Below are positions 12,001-24,452 of a DNA stretch of 64,000 nucleotides, piece after piece. Position 1 is the stretch's first letter. The number at the start of each line of letters is the position of its first letter. Origin of the DNA: Haliotis cracherodii (Eukaryota); the NCBI RefSeq assembly GCF_022045235.1, contig NW_027266297.1, positions 20,646,001 through 20,710,000 of the forward strand, read 5' to 3'. A program made the translations under genes and the position numbers. The notes below the pieces were generated by a model. That model saw only the letters and a program-made list of their open reading frames with translations. It was not told the origin of the DNA and did no database searches.

Positions 12001-12783
12001 TTACTACGTTTGCGTTTTTTTTTGTAGAGTCTACACCCAAATGTTGGGATGTATGTCAGTGTTCTGAAGAACAGGTATTATTTGGTTTCAACACTGAATG
12101 TCTTAATTGTTCTTGAGGGAATTCGGTATGGCAGTATAAGTTTAATGTTTAATCTGTTTCTGTTGACTATTTCAATCTATATTTGGTTTAGAAACATACA
12201 TTGGTTGTAAACAATTTAGACGTAGTTCATACCGTTGATATATGTTATTTGTTATAGTTGTAAGTATGCCAAGAGACCATAGCATTTGCGTATATGCAAT
12301 ACATTGGATATATGGATTATGAATACCATTTATTAATATACAGGACATATGGTGATGTTTGCTTGCTTACTTGCTATCATGTATTTAAAATTTATATCTG
12401 TTACTCCATAGAAGCTTAATATGCTACAACAGTGCAAAACATACTGTAAACGCAATGATCCATTTAGATCATTATGTGAGTAAAAACCAACCTTCTCTGT
12501 GAAACTTACAGTCTTAACAGTCTTAACTAAAAAAAATGTTGGTATAATTGAGTATTAATTGAGTCCGGAAATATAGTCTACGTGTAAACTAGACCGATAA
12601 TAAGCTCTTATAGTCATCTGAAAATGAACTCGTTTCCTAGTTCGTTTGGAGTTCCTAAATCATAGCTAACTTTTAAGACATCATACATATGGCGTAACAC
12701 TGCACACAGCAGGGGCTTATACATGTCGGAGGAAGGATAACTCAACACAATGTAGTAGACACAGGTTTGTGTTTACTTGGAGT

Positions 12784-13560
12784 TTACACGCAGCAGATAT
12801 AGTATTGTGGACAAGTGTGGTGTGTTGGCACTATTTGCGTCTCCTGCAGCCCACATGGCTGTTTACAATTCCCCTGTTCGTGATCACCACATGGTTCTGA
12901 TGGAGGGTTAAGGTGATAACAGAAAATACAAGATCGTGATGAATATTGCCGAATCTGTACGAACTGTTAATTGTGTATTGAAGAAAGAAGTCATAGACAC
13001 CATCTAGTTGCCAGCAACAGTTCTTGATGCTGTCTGTGTCTACATATCATTGTTCTTTTGTTCACCATAGAACGGGCTTATCTATGACTCAAACTTTCAT
13101 ATGACCTTCAGAGGCAACTCGATGTGCAAACTGAATCACACTTATTATAATCTGAAATATGAAAACAGATTATTAAAATAATGACAATGGATTGAAAAGA
13201 AAGGGTACGGGGTGTTGTTGTAGGGAAGGTAAACGTCAATGTTTCCCCTGTGGTGGTTGACGGCTCAGGCTGTTTTTGTACAGCTTGTGCGCCAACGTGT
13301 GTCAGTATCTGATGAGCGGTTCCTGCAGCTACAGCGCCAACACCAGCACCTACAACAGCGGAGCCAAGTTCAGTACTCAAAGCACCACCTACAGCTGATG
13401 TTCCTAAGTCCGCGAAGAGGTCGACGAGTAAGGGAATCAACAGACTTTCGCCAAACTGTCGCTTCTCTGGAACTCGCTCATTCTGAGCTATGTGCCGGGC
13501 GCCCACCAGCACAGGGGCAAGCAAAACGGCAGCACACACAAGCAGAAATCCAACCTTCAT
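12784..13560 (-). CDS. Big-defensin-like precursor; coding exons 13560 to about 13209 and 12896-12784 (about 154 aa)
   Basis: Acceptor ttcttacag|ATTCGGCA ATG(13560). Signal peptide MKVGFLLVCAAVLLAPVLVGA, pro-region ending EKR, hydrophobic Q-FGESLLIPLLVDL...GSAVVGAGVGAVAAG, Thr-rich linker. Separate phase-1 exon after ccttaaccctccatcag| encodes xPCGDHEQGNCKQPCGLQETQIVPTHHTCPQYYICCV* (C-X7-C-X3-C-X13-C-X5-CC). Best in-phase donor C|GTACCC at 13209/13208 is weak. Confidence 0.72.
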
Positions 13561-13899
13561 TGCCGAATCTGTAAGAACAATGGAATGAACATAGTCATGA
13601 CTAACATATAATTTATAGATTATTGACTTTAGGATTATAATTAATAATAACTTTCCGAAATACACTGTACAATCTCCATTTGTTTGGTTGAACAAAAAAT
13701 ACATGCACAAATAAAGTACATATGTTTCGATGTACAACACACGACAGCCTCCATACCCCTTACCCTCAGATATGGTGTCACATGCTAGTGAACTTGACCT
13801 CCAAACTCATTGACGGTAAATATTAGGAAAAGGACGCAAAAATACGCTTAACCTACATAGTCCTTACCCTTAGTATACTTCAACTGGCACTACGACCTT

Positions 13900-13949
13900 T
13901 ACTACTACTGCTAGTACTGCTGCTACTACTACTACAACTACAACAACGG

Positions 13950-13998
<49 letters not shown>

Positions 13999-14000
13999 CA
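13900..14000. repeat. (CTA)n / (TAG)n microsatellite
   Basis: Directly visible. Confidence 0.95.
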
Positions 14001-15907
14001 TTCTTTATCACTACACTAGTTACGGAAAAGACACTCAGCACATCTCGTGTGATATTGTATGTGCCCCATTTCATGTTGGCTTGCAGGCCGGGAGTTGAAA
14101 GGTTTGATATTGTTTTAATTTAGATCTTGCATGGGTAGACATCCAATATGCCATATGTACGTCTCCATACAGAGGCGCGACCTGTGGGATGTCATCGTAA
14201 GAGTTCTCTTAAACTGCATCTAAGTACTGTGCACCAACACGTTAAAAAACAACAACAACTTGCAAGTATTTTTAATCTCCTCCATGTGTCAATACATTAT
14301 GCTATCTATGAAACAGTTCATCATTATCTGTTGGGAGGCCATGGTAATGTTAACATTCTGTAAACTCTAGAAGCTCTAATTTGAACAAAGTTAAAACTGT
14401 CACAGTTCACCAAAATGAATTAGCAATAGCTGAATATATGACTTCATCTGGAAAGTACTATACGAATCTCAGGACATCCTGTCTTTGAATATATTCGATA
14501 ATCATAAATCACGGACAAATTTTAAAATATTATTAATTTTAATTTACTTAATGGGACTTCCCGAAAGGTTTTTAATCCGTCCCATTGCGGTATTTATGTG
14601 CATTATATTAGATAAACATAAGCATGCATGATTGATTAATGTCGCTTTTTCAGAAAGATATATCAAGAGTTATATAACACGATTTACATGTTGGACGCAC
14701 CGGGACCTTCATTGTGGTAAGCGTCGCCCGTTAACATGTAAACCCTCACCACCAATATTGCTAAAACATGTGAATAAATAGCCATGGATCATTGTTTGAG
14801 AGTTTCTATAAACGTTTGCATATGGAATGTTTTCTTGCCGTATCGACGTTAGCAGACTTGTGGCTAGTGTTACTTACACAACATTGATGAGGTGAGTCAA
14901 GGTGATGCTTTATAAATTCTCTTCTCAGTTGATCACCAATCGTAAATGCTTTACAATAATAGCTGTACAGGTATAATATCTCAAAGTCTAACGGTTCGAG
15001 GAATTTTACAGGAGGCAAACACTCTTCCGATCTGAACATTGGTGAACAGGTATTATTGCGGAGGTAATTACAGATGAAGAGTGTATTTTAGTCCACGAAG
15101 AGTGATGAGGATATATGCTTCCTCTGTTTTCAATGGATAGGTCATGTTAGTGCTACATGCAACTTTGGCAGTGCTAAGTTCATTTTGAAACCGCACGCGT
15201 TGCTTCTACAGGTAACATGGTTCCACTTTGAAACAGTGGGTTCCACCATGGACAGTTCAAATCTGTGGCGGAGCAGTATCAGTCCAGCCGTGCGTCCAGT
15301 TAGGTTACGACCATTTCTTTGGAGACAGCAGTACTGCTCCGTGGCGTCACACACTTACTTTTTATGAAACTTGTGGTAGTGGCTGATGCTGTCGGTGGGT
15401 CGGGACATGCTTACCCATTTCGTGAACACCTGGTGTCATCACAGATTTTCAGCGATCAATTCATATAATTTTTCGAGTACTTTTCGCCATATAATCGAGA
15501 CTGGTTATTATCTGTCGTTGATGTTTCATATTTAGAAACGGCTACTCGCAGACTCATCTATAAAGATGACAGGTACTGTCATGGCAGCCATAATGAACGT
15601 TTAGTCCATGCACTTTGTCAAAAATTATGCAGATATATATTCATCGAATGGGATGAGAGTCATATTTATATACTTTCACATGACACGGGTAAACTATTGT
15701 CCATGCTGTAAACTATTTACACATTGAACTAAATAATCTATCAGTTGTACACAAGAGCGCCGTTTTGAATCAATTATGAAGTAACCTTGAAGGATGCTCA
15801 AGTGTTTGTTTCTGTTATATCTTTAGCTCCGTTTCACTGTTTATTTAGGTGACGATGAAAGTAATAAAACGCTTTAGAAGACAAAGTTCCTTCACACAAC
15901 ACAACAT

Positions 15908-16012
15908 ACTTACCCTAAGGCACAGCAGACTTACAATATGACAGAATTCCAGTTTGGCAGTATTTATGTAATAGTTTATGTAATATTAACATCTGTTGTT
16001 TGCTATATATAA
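15908..16012 (-). promoter_or_regulatory. Candidate promoter and non-coding first exon of the big-defensin-like gene
   Basis: TATA-like CATAAATA (15968-15961) and TATATATAG (about 16010); GTAAGT donors at 15934 and 15913; the coding exon has an acceptor 8 nt before its ATG, so a 5'-UTR exon is required. Confidence 0.35.
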
Positions 16013-18477
16013 CATAATTTTGTTCAAAAACATATGCATAGACAGGTGCAGAAAGATAAACACTCCCGGTTTAATTTCATTTTCTAATATTTTTAGCATT
16101 ATGATTACGTTACCCAGAAAAATATATAGATACATAATTTAAAGATGCCGTGTTATTCTATGAGGCTATGACAATTTTAGACATTGGATAACATGGGTAA
16201 TTGAATGCGAAATTCATTCGTCTGAAGTTAACGTGTTTGATGTGCTATACATGGAGTCCAGAAAAAAATATCAAGTATATTTTTTAAGACGCCTTGAATT
16301 TCATATTTTTTTCATGAAACAGTTCGCAACAATAATAACAAGGTGACATTGTTCCGTACAGCGACGAGAAAATTCAAAACGATATTTTAAGTGACTGTTC
16401 ATTTCCGGGGCATAACCCATTAGCTGTTCAATATTTATTATGACATTTTGTATACATTCAAGGCAAGTGCTGCCTTGTGCCTTATGTGTTGTTATTTATT
16501 TGATGTATGTTGTTATTTAATACATGTATGTGAAAATGGGGGTATGGTTCATTTCCTTAGTATACGCTGTTCAGTATTAACTATGAATCTGTACAGATCA
16601 GACTCTGCCGAACTGATGCCCTTTGCTAAATATGAATCGAGAACAATTGTTTGCGTTTCCAAGGCAACACGTCGTCTTTGTGGCGCCGTTTGCTTTTCAT
16701 TTTTAGATTTTGCGTTTCATGCAACACGTTGGATTTCGATTCAAATGCAGATAAGGATCAAGTACAAAGCTAACTCATAAAGTGTTATCAGTTATTGATA
16801 TTCAGGTCACACAAACTAGATAAAACTACTTGTATTTCATACATTTCGCATTTGTGAGGGAAATAGCAAACTGAAAAAAACAACTCTTGCAACCGAAGCT
16901 GAAAGAACTATAGCGAATATTGCTGACTGCCAGTTAAAACAAATATATATACTTGTGTAGTTAGCAAAATGTCTTCTATTTCCATAGACATGTCGACGCT
17001 TATGTTGACAGGGAAATTAGCTAAAGTTGGAGACGAAGAATACGTTGAGTCCAATTTTTTTCGGTTGGCAGAAAAACAAACAAATACAAATACTAATAGA
17101 AATATGTCGAGGGGTGATTCCAATTCTACTATAAATCAAGTCCAGCAAGCAGGCTTATCCCACTCCCGGCTAACCTATACAGGTGCTGTCGGAATACCTA
17201 ACTAACAGTAGAGATGTAAACATATATATACACTATTGGACAACAATGGACAGACAAAGAGACAATGGCGTTGCCCTGGATATGGGACTTAGGATGTGAT
17301 TAGAGACATGGCCTAGGGGAATATGGTTAAAATGTCATAATGTGAAATGCTGTGTTAGACAATGGCACAATTGACCGCTGTTACGCGTGAAGTACAGCAT
17401 AAGATAAAACGTTGTCCAAACAGAGTGATATTAAGGCACTCTGTGACAGACACATGATATGAATGGGGATCATGGGTTAGGATAGATCCCAAGCAAGCTA
17501 TGCTGGTCTAAAGATTTGATGCAATTCATCGGGTGGTTAGGTCGGTGAAGTGGTTGATTGCACGTCGTCTTACCCTAGCAGTCGTCACAGTAGCAGTCTG
17601 TCCGCTATCCCGAGAGTTATATGCATATCCGCTGATAAACTGAACACAATTAAGCAATACAAAACCACGCCACAAACATGTGAAAATTAAGTACTGTTTC
17701 AATCTCATGCATTAGGACCCATTGCATCAACCAGTGTGGTTCTCTATAATTGTATGCGAACACAAATGGAAGAATCGGTGAAGCAGCGGAGACACCATAT
17801 TGTGGTGGAGCGCGCATTATTTTGAGTGTATTGTGTTAATGTGTAGATGTGGTGCTTATGTAAACGATCCAGTTTAAAGCATCGTTATTAAGAACTAGCT
17901 GTGGATCAAACATTTCCGCATGTTACATTTTTTAAATATTTTTATTGAGTGAGTGAGTGTTATATAATGATTGTAAAAGGAAACTCCGACACGAAGCCAC
18001 AAAGGACCACGGACACGGCGCTGACAAGCCGATGATCACAATCAGGGCGAATCTCGGATTTAAAGCCAACATTGTCGGATCATGCCACGCCGAAGGCACA
18101 TAAGTGCAGCGAATTACGGAGCTTCAGGCGATTGGGCCTCCCGGGTCCCCATACCACGGCTACAGCAATATTGCCAACCAATAGTATATCTCCTATAAAA
18201 ATGTCTCTTAATAATGATCACAATCAGGGCGAAGCTGGGTTTTGAAGCCAACATTGTCGGATCATGCCATGCCGAAGGCTCACAAGTGCTGCTTCAGGTG
18301 ATTGAGCCTCCTGTCTCCCAATAAAACGGCTACATCAATATTACTAACCAATAGTATATCTTCTGTTAAAATATCACATAATAATTGTTCATTTCATGGA
18401 AACCAACTTAAATTTGAACTTGTATATACTTTAATCAATGAAAGCTACAGAGCATATTTTCTGCAATAAATTGACGA

Positions 18478-20797
18478 TCATTCATACGTGATTTGAACGT
18501 TGACGTCAGTGATGTCGTTACCCGATTCAGCAGATACACGCAGGTACAGCGACGGGGACCCAGATGGAAGCTGATATCTCAACTCGCCTGTCGCCATGGC
18601 TAGTGGGGCGGGTGATTCCAAGTTGTCGTACACGGCCATGTTGATGGAGTTGCCTTGTGTAGGTGACGTCACAACGACGCGGGCTGCTCCCGATGGAGGC
18701 GTCAACATAAACACGGGACGATGGGAAGAGGAGACGGTGAGACCAGTCAGGGTCTCGCTGTCAGATAACGTCTCCATAAAGGTCGGCTCCTGACACCCAC
18801 TGAAAGTGATTCCTACCACCTGGAAGGATTTTTTTACCTCCAGATAGTCGTAACCGAGGTCGTAGCAAGCACGCATGACGCCACAAGCGCCTTCCTCAAA
18901 GGTCGTTGATCGAGCCCAGTAGATGACGTTAGCTCTGAGGAAGCATTCGAACGCTTTTCTGATGGGCATTTTGTTGACCTCCACGAGCTGGTAGAAGGCG
19001 TGGTTGAAGATGCCGCTGCTGTAGTGAACGTCGACGTTGTTGTTGTAGTCTCTGGTGTGCTTGAGTGAACCCCCATCTCGAGAAGGATCTTGAAAGTAAC
19101 GCAGGGCCCCATTGCTGCTTTTAAAGATTTCAGCTCCAACGAACCAGTCGTTAGAGCCACGAGCAAACATCTCAGTTGTCTCCCCTGTTATATCCGAGAA
19201 GGCTTCGTTGATACCACCAGACTGATCGTCGTAGATGAGGTTGGAGTTTTGTTCGGTGACACCATGGGCAAGTTCATGAGCAATAACGTCTTGGTTAACC
19301 AGTGGGTAGAAAGTGCTTCGACCATCGCCGAAAGTCAGGCTGCTGCCGTCCCAGAAGGCGTTCTCGTAGTTCCTGCTGTAGTGAACAAAGAGCACTGGCT
19401 TAAAGTTGAGGGGAGTCATCGTGTACCATTCGATAAACATACGGGCTGATTTGGTGCCAAAGTTCATGGCGTCCAGAACGGGGGAGTAAGCACCGTTGAT
19501 GGCGTCGTCATAACCGTTGGCACATGTGTAGGAAGAGGCGGCGCGGTTGTTCCTATTTGTACCCTGGTTTAAGTCCACCACTTTGACGTAGGCGTTTTCC
19601 AGAGTGCATGTGGCGCCACTGACGGTGGTGTTGAGGCACAAAGGAGGAACGCCATAAACGAACTTTCCAACTTTAAGATTTCCACCCTCCCCTTTAGCAG
19701 TATTGCCGCAGGTTGTTGGGCCTGCTGTTGTTGGTGCAGCTGTTGTTGGTCTTGGTGTTGTTGGTGCGGCTGTAGTGGGGCCTGCCGTTGTTGGTGCGGC
19801 TGTTACGGATTCTTGAGTTTGTGGGTCTCCGCCACAACTGTCAGTTGTAGTTTCTGGTTCAGGTGTGGTGTTCTCGCCAGGACACTCATCATCCCCAGGA
19901 GACTGTCTTCGGTGTCGTACAACAGCTTGACGTCTCTCTACTGCTTTGTTCTGGATGTTGTTGAAGGAACGGACAGTGGTAAGGTCACAGGCGTCGATAA
20001 AGTAGCAAGGACGGCTGGGTCTGTTGCCCTTCATGTAAAAGAAGTTGATCTCATAGGTCAGACGAGCCACGCCGTCCTTCTTGACGTAGACGTTCTTCTT
20101 GACGTTGACTTTGGTGACTTGAGACGCTCGGACCCCCTCCTGTGTGAAAGCTACCCTCTTGACGGTGTCATGTGTCTGCTCACAATCCTCAGGGTTGGGA
20201 ATATCTTCCTCCAGTGATGTGAAAAGTTCACCGCTGACGACGCCTGTGTAACCTAGGCTGGGGTTGACGTCGGCTGCCACGCTCCCTCCCACTACTTCCA
20301 GACCACCATAGGTCTGCTGTAGACGTTGCTTGATCTTGCCTCGCACTGTCTTGAGGGATTCCCCGGGGACGATAGCGCTTATGCCGCGCAGCCCCAACTC
20401 TGCACGCAGTTCCTCACGAGTGGCGTGGAAATGAGACCGAAGCTTCAAACGTCGAGTGATGCCAGCAACGTTAAAGCGACGTGCGGCCTCAGTCGTGTAC
20501 ACTGTGAGGGACAGCAGTCCTGAAAAACGAAGTAAAGTAGAATATATCAGATATCTATTTGAAACCTCAAATTGATATTACATGAAACCCGTTTTCTATT
20601 CCTTTCTAATTTTTACTCTGAATGCAATTTGATTGAAATGAATTACGTTGCAATTAATATCTAGTCAGCGAAATTGTACGATGGATGCATTTATTCTGAC
20701 ACGGAAAGTCCCCGTTCCAACACAATGACTGGGAGCATATATGTGTCTTCATATAATGTTACAATTACTTACCCAGCAGGATGATTTGACACTTCAT
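18478..20797 (-). CDS. Peptidase M4 (thermolysin/vibriolysin/LasB-like) preproprotein, copy 1; exons 20797-20773 and 20519-18478
   Basis: Exon 1 ATGAAGTGTCAAATCATCCTGCTGG|GTAAGT; acceptor cgtttttcag|GA; gives signal [23 protein letters not shown]-like ([13 protein letters not shown]) and PepSY-like (YFIDA) propeptide; [37 protein letters not shown] (19278-19264), [23 protein letters not shown]; C-terminal PPC-like domain. TATATAA 20849-20843; ATTAAA 18435-18430. Confidence 0.95.
20703..20713 (-). promoter_or_regulatory. Canonical NF-kappaB site in intron 1 of M4 copy 1
   Basis: GGAAAGTCCCC on + = GGGGACTTTCC on the coding strand; variants in copies 2-4. Confidence 0.4.
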
Positions 20798-21165
20798 GTT
20801 GTCCTCAAGTGTATGAGATGACCAGTGACCAATAGCCTGGACTTATATACACATGGACATCACGAAACACGCACCTGTCCTCATATTAATTTGTCCGAGA
20901 ACAATGCATAATATCATAACCCCAGGACATAATCTCATACGCCACACTCCGCTCTTGTGTTACAAAGCACAAAGATACTCGATACATAAGACACGTGCGG
21001 ATTACATAAGTTTCTCATCATTTGTACGTGCTGGGGGAAATATGTACGATCTGTTTGTGCTGTCATTAGTGATAACAGCTATAGTCCTCCAGCATGACAA
21101 CGCTAGAACCATGCATTCTGGTAAACTGACACGGGAGTTCCTCATCAACATGAAAGTTATTATAT

Positions 21166-22700
21166 ATACTCGTCAAAAAAGGAGGGGGCCATGAAATATA
21201 AATATTAATATCAAGCATAAGAACAAATATAAGTGTTGACGACCAACATCTTGTTCAAGAAAGTTTATGTCTGTAAAATTTAACACCAAAACACATCCTA
21301 TAGTTGGCACGTGCCTCACGATGAAGCTCCAACCACGTGCTTAGGGTGTCATTCCTGACATTGACACCTTCCTGGAAGTTTAACTAATCTGTGGGTCTCA
21401 TACGTTCTGTCAATTCTATTGATTCTGCGTATCGATTTACTTGTTCACCTTCATTTTTAGTGTGTGAATAGCATCTTCGGGCTATTTTCATGCTGGGAAC
21501 AGGTAGCGCGCAACGTTGAATATTTCAGCCTGTGATTAGCAGACTATGGAACAGATGCCTACAAACCCAAAATGTTGACGATCGACCCGTTCAGGGTGTC
21601 CCAGGGCAACGACAAGAGTACAGGATCGATTGATCCTAAACCCGGCTCTACGAAATTGAACTCAAACGGTGACTCAAATTGCTGCATACTTTCATCAGAC
21701 TACTGGACTACGAGTTAGTGAGTGAGTGAGTGAGTTGGGTTCTACGCCGCTTTTAACAGTATGCCAGTTATATCCCGGCGTGTCAGGTTAATGTGGGAGG
21801 AAAGCCCCAAGTGATGCAGGTCTCAAACGTTTGCCACTTCGGTAAAACCCATGAGCACGGGTATGGTGCTGACAAACCTAGAAATATAATCGGGGCGAAC
21901 TGGGATTCGAACCAACTTTGGTTTCTAGCGTGCCAAAGGGACGCAACTCTGCACAGCGAATCGCGGACTGGGCACCCGTGCCCCCTATTGCCAACAGGCG
22001 TCAAAGATATAGACAACGTCAAATTGGGGTAATCATCGTTGGTCACGTGTCATGTTTTCACATGAGTCTCGATTCACTTTGATAGGCATGATCGCGTCTG
22101 ACTTCCTTGATATGCGTGGTCGTGTCTGGCGACGTCGAAAGTCAATATAAACCTGAGACCTCATGGCAGATTTGGGGGTTGATCGGTTGTGGTGTGGGGT
22201 GGTATCACTATAACTGAGCGAACCCCACTCCATATTGTGAAGGAAGGGTCACTGAACAGTACCATCGGGACAACATACTGTCACCCTTTTTCCCCGTTTG
22301 CAAGGCGTGTGGGTCGACGTTTCGTCTTTTAGGACGACAACGCTGTGTTCACCATGCACGAATTGACAATGCTCTCCCCAAGCAGCACAACGTCCATAGA
22401 CTGCCTGGCAGCACTGATTCATGACCTTTCCCTCACTGAACACGTCTGGGACATGATAGGAAGACGTGTGCGTGATAGGTCGCTGACCACGTTGGCTGAA
22501 CTTGGCCAGGCGCTGCAAGAAGAGTGGGACAAACTCCCTCAAATCGCCATTCGGAGACTCATACGCATAAACACCTCGTCAAGTGAATGAAAGTTTGACA
22601 AATCGTAGCGGTATTACGCACGACTGATCCAAAAACGTCAACTTTGAAACTTTGGTCACATCTTACACCTAGCGGTCATAACATCCGCTGTACGACAACT
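21166..22700 (+). mobile_element. Degenerate Tc1/mariner element interrupted by a SINE
   Basis: TA-TACTCGTCAAAAAAG-type terminus; transposase remnants incl. ESRF, VVVWGGI, DDNA, DLSLTEHVWDMIGRRVRDR...LQEEWDKLPQIAIRRLI. Ends approximate. Confidence 0.75.
21717..21984 (-). mobile_element. tRNA-derived SINE (family S2) with (ACTC)n tail
   Basis: Minus strand: GGGTGCCCAGTC A-box-like, GGTTCGAATCCC B-box, body shared with 7290-7465, tail of (GAGT)n on +. Confidence 0.85.
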
Positions 22701-24452
22701 ACCGGTTGTAATGTGTCCCAAATTGGTTCATTATTATCATATACTAGTATAAGATAGCTGCGTGATAAATCGCAAAGAATAATGAAGAACGAAGCTTGGT
22801 GTACTCGTATTTCACGATAAAACATTGTTCTATCATGACGCCATTTCTGGAGACTCGAATATGCGCTCGAAACTTGTTGACATCATATATTGGACGATGT
22901 TATTATTGAGAGGGAAGTGTCTAGTAAGTTCTTCCCATAGATGTAGCTGGGCTACGCAAGTAAACGCAGTGGCCGAACAATCGCATCCAAAAGGCGGGAG
23001 AGATATGACAATCGGTATTGGGAGTAAAAGGTACAGATAATCGACGTGAGACTATGCGGGAAATACCAAACTGAACCCCATCTGTTCGTAAAATGGACTT
23101 GTCCGACATTTCCTTTGTCGGAATCTATTCAGAGAGGCATCATTATTATAATTTTGGTAAATATATTTTAACCTGGTACATTTTATCAGCATCCTTAAAG
23201 ATGCACCCTCATGGTTTATTCTCCCTGCAGTGTTTTATTGTACGATAAACAACTCCCACTCGTCGTTTATTTCTTAAACACTGTACAACTCTTACTAGCA
23301 ACAAATATCTCATAGGGTTATGGAAATTTGAAGTTATGTCCGCATATAATAATGTTTTTCCATGGCCTGCATGTTCATCTGACATGAACCCCATCGAACA
23401 TTTGAGAGATCATCTTAACAGGCAAGGCAGAAGGCGACCGGTACCGACAGTCAGTCGTTAGGAACTGGAGTGGTGTAAATATACTAGCATATGAAGACAA
23501 AAACCAATCCACACTCTAGCATCTTATAGGTAATTAACTGTAAGTGACGTGAAAGCAAGGGAGACAGGCGAGTCTGTAGATTCACATCCCTATATAACCT
23601 TACAGGATGTCTAGGAGGATTTTATGTAAGATTTTTATGTTTTTGAAATAAACATCCATCCTGTAATTAAAACTAACCATGTTTTTCTGTATTTAGTGCT
23701 GTCTTTTTCAACGTGATGACTCATGCTTAATGTGACCACGGATACTTTGAAGCAAGGGACATTTGGTGCGGAACTGGGAGTAATGTGTTTAGCTTCCGGT
23801 ACTTGGAAAAGGAGCTGGCTCACCTAGTCAATTTCGTTGTTTTTATTGCTGCTCTAAGGCCAAACTGTGCACACACGTAGAGGTAATAGCTTTTTAATGA
23901 TTCGTTATTTTTAAAATAAATATAACGTGACTATAGGAGTCAATGGGAAAACATTTGTTTGTGTGTAACCTCTAAAGGCTCAACAATTATTTCCCTTTGT
24001 TATGAACACAACATGCCGCTAGGATAAAGTAGATTCCTTTGAAAAAGGACGAAAAAACATTTATCATGAAATAAACTTGATTATTAATCATATTTAAAGC
24101 AGTCTCTTCATCACTTATCTCAGAAAGATGACCAAACATAAATAACGGGAGCATAGCATGGGTGAGTGAGTGAAATGTTAATAACGTCGAAGATAAACTA
24201 ACGGGCAAAAGAAACGCAACCAAATCATTTTCTGGTCTAAAACAAAAAAGACGCAAAATTTAGTAACAGTTGATGTTTAATTATGAAAAAAACACAATTA
24301 TTCAAAAACGGTATTTGAAAATGACAAGATCAAAGACCGTGTACTTAAAGTTTTACAGACACGTTTATCATGCTGGGTGCACTGTCCAGTATTCGATCGC
24401 ACCCACAGAATCGACGCCGATCTCTTTTCAAGTCCCGTGCTACACACATGGC

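Noticed and set aside
13561-13740. N-terminal 60 aa of the 210-aa ORF
   Set aside because: Lies upstream of a clear splice acceptor at 13569; the signal peptide starts at ATG 13560.
14800-17400. Possible retroelement remnants
   Set aside because: Too decayed to assign a family or boundaries by eye.
18596-20523. Antisense and alternate-frame ORFs over the M4 genes (repeated in each copy)
   Set aside because: Shadow ORFs of a GC-richer coding sequence; conserved only because the genes are duplicated.
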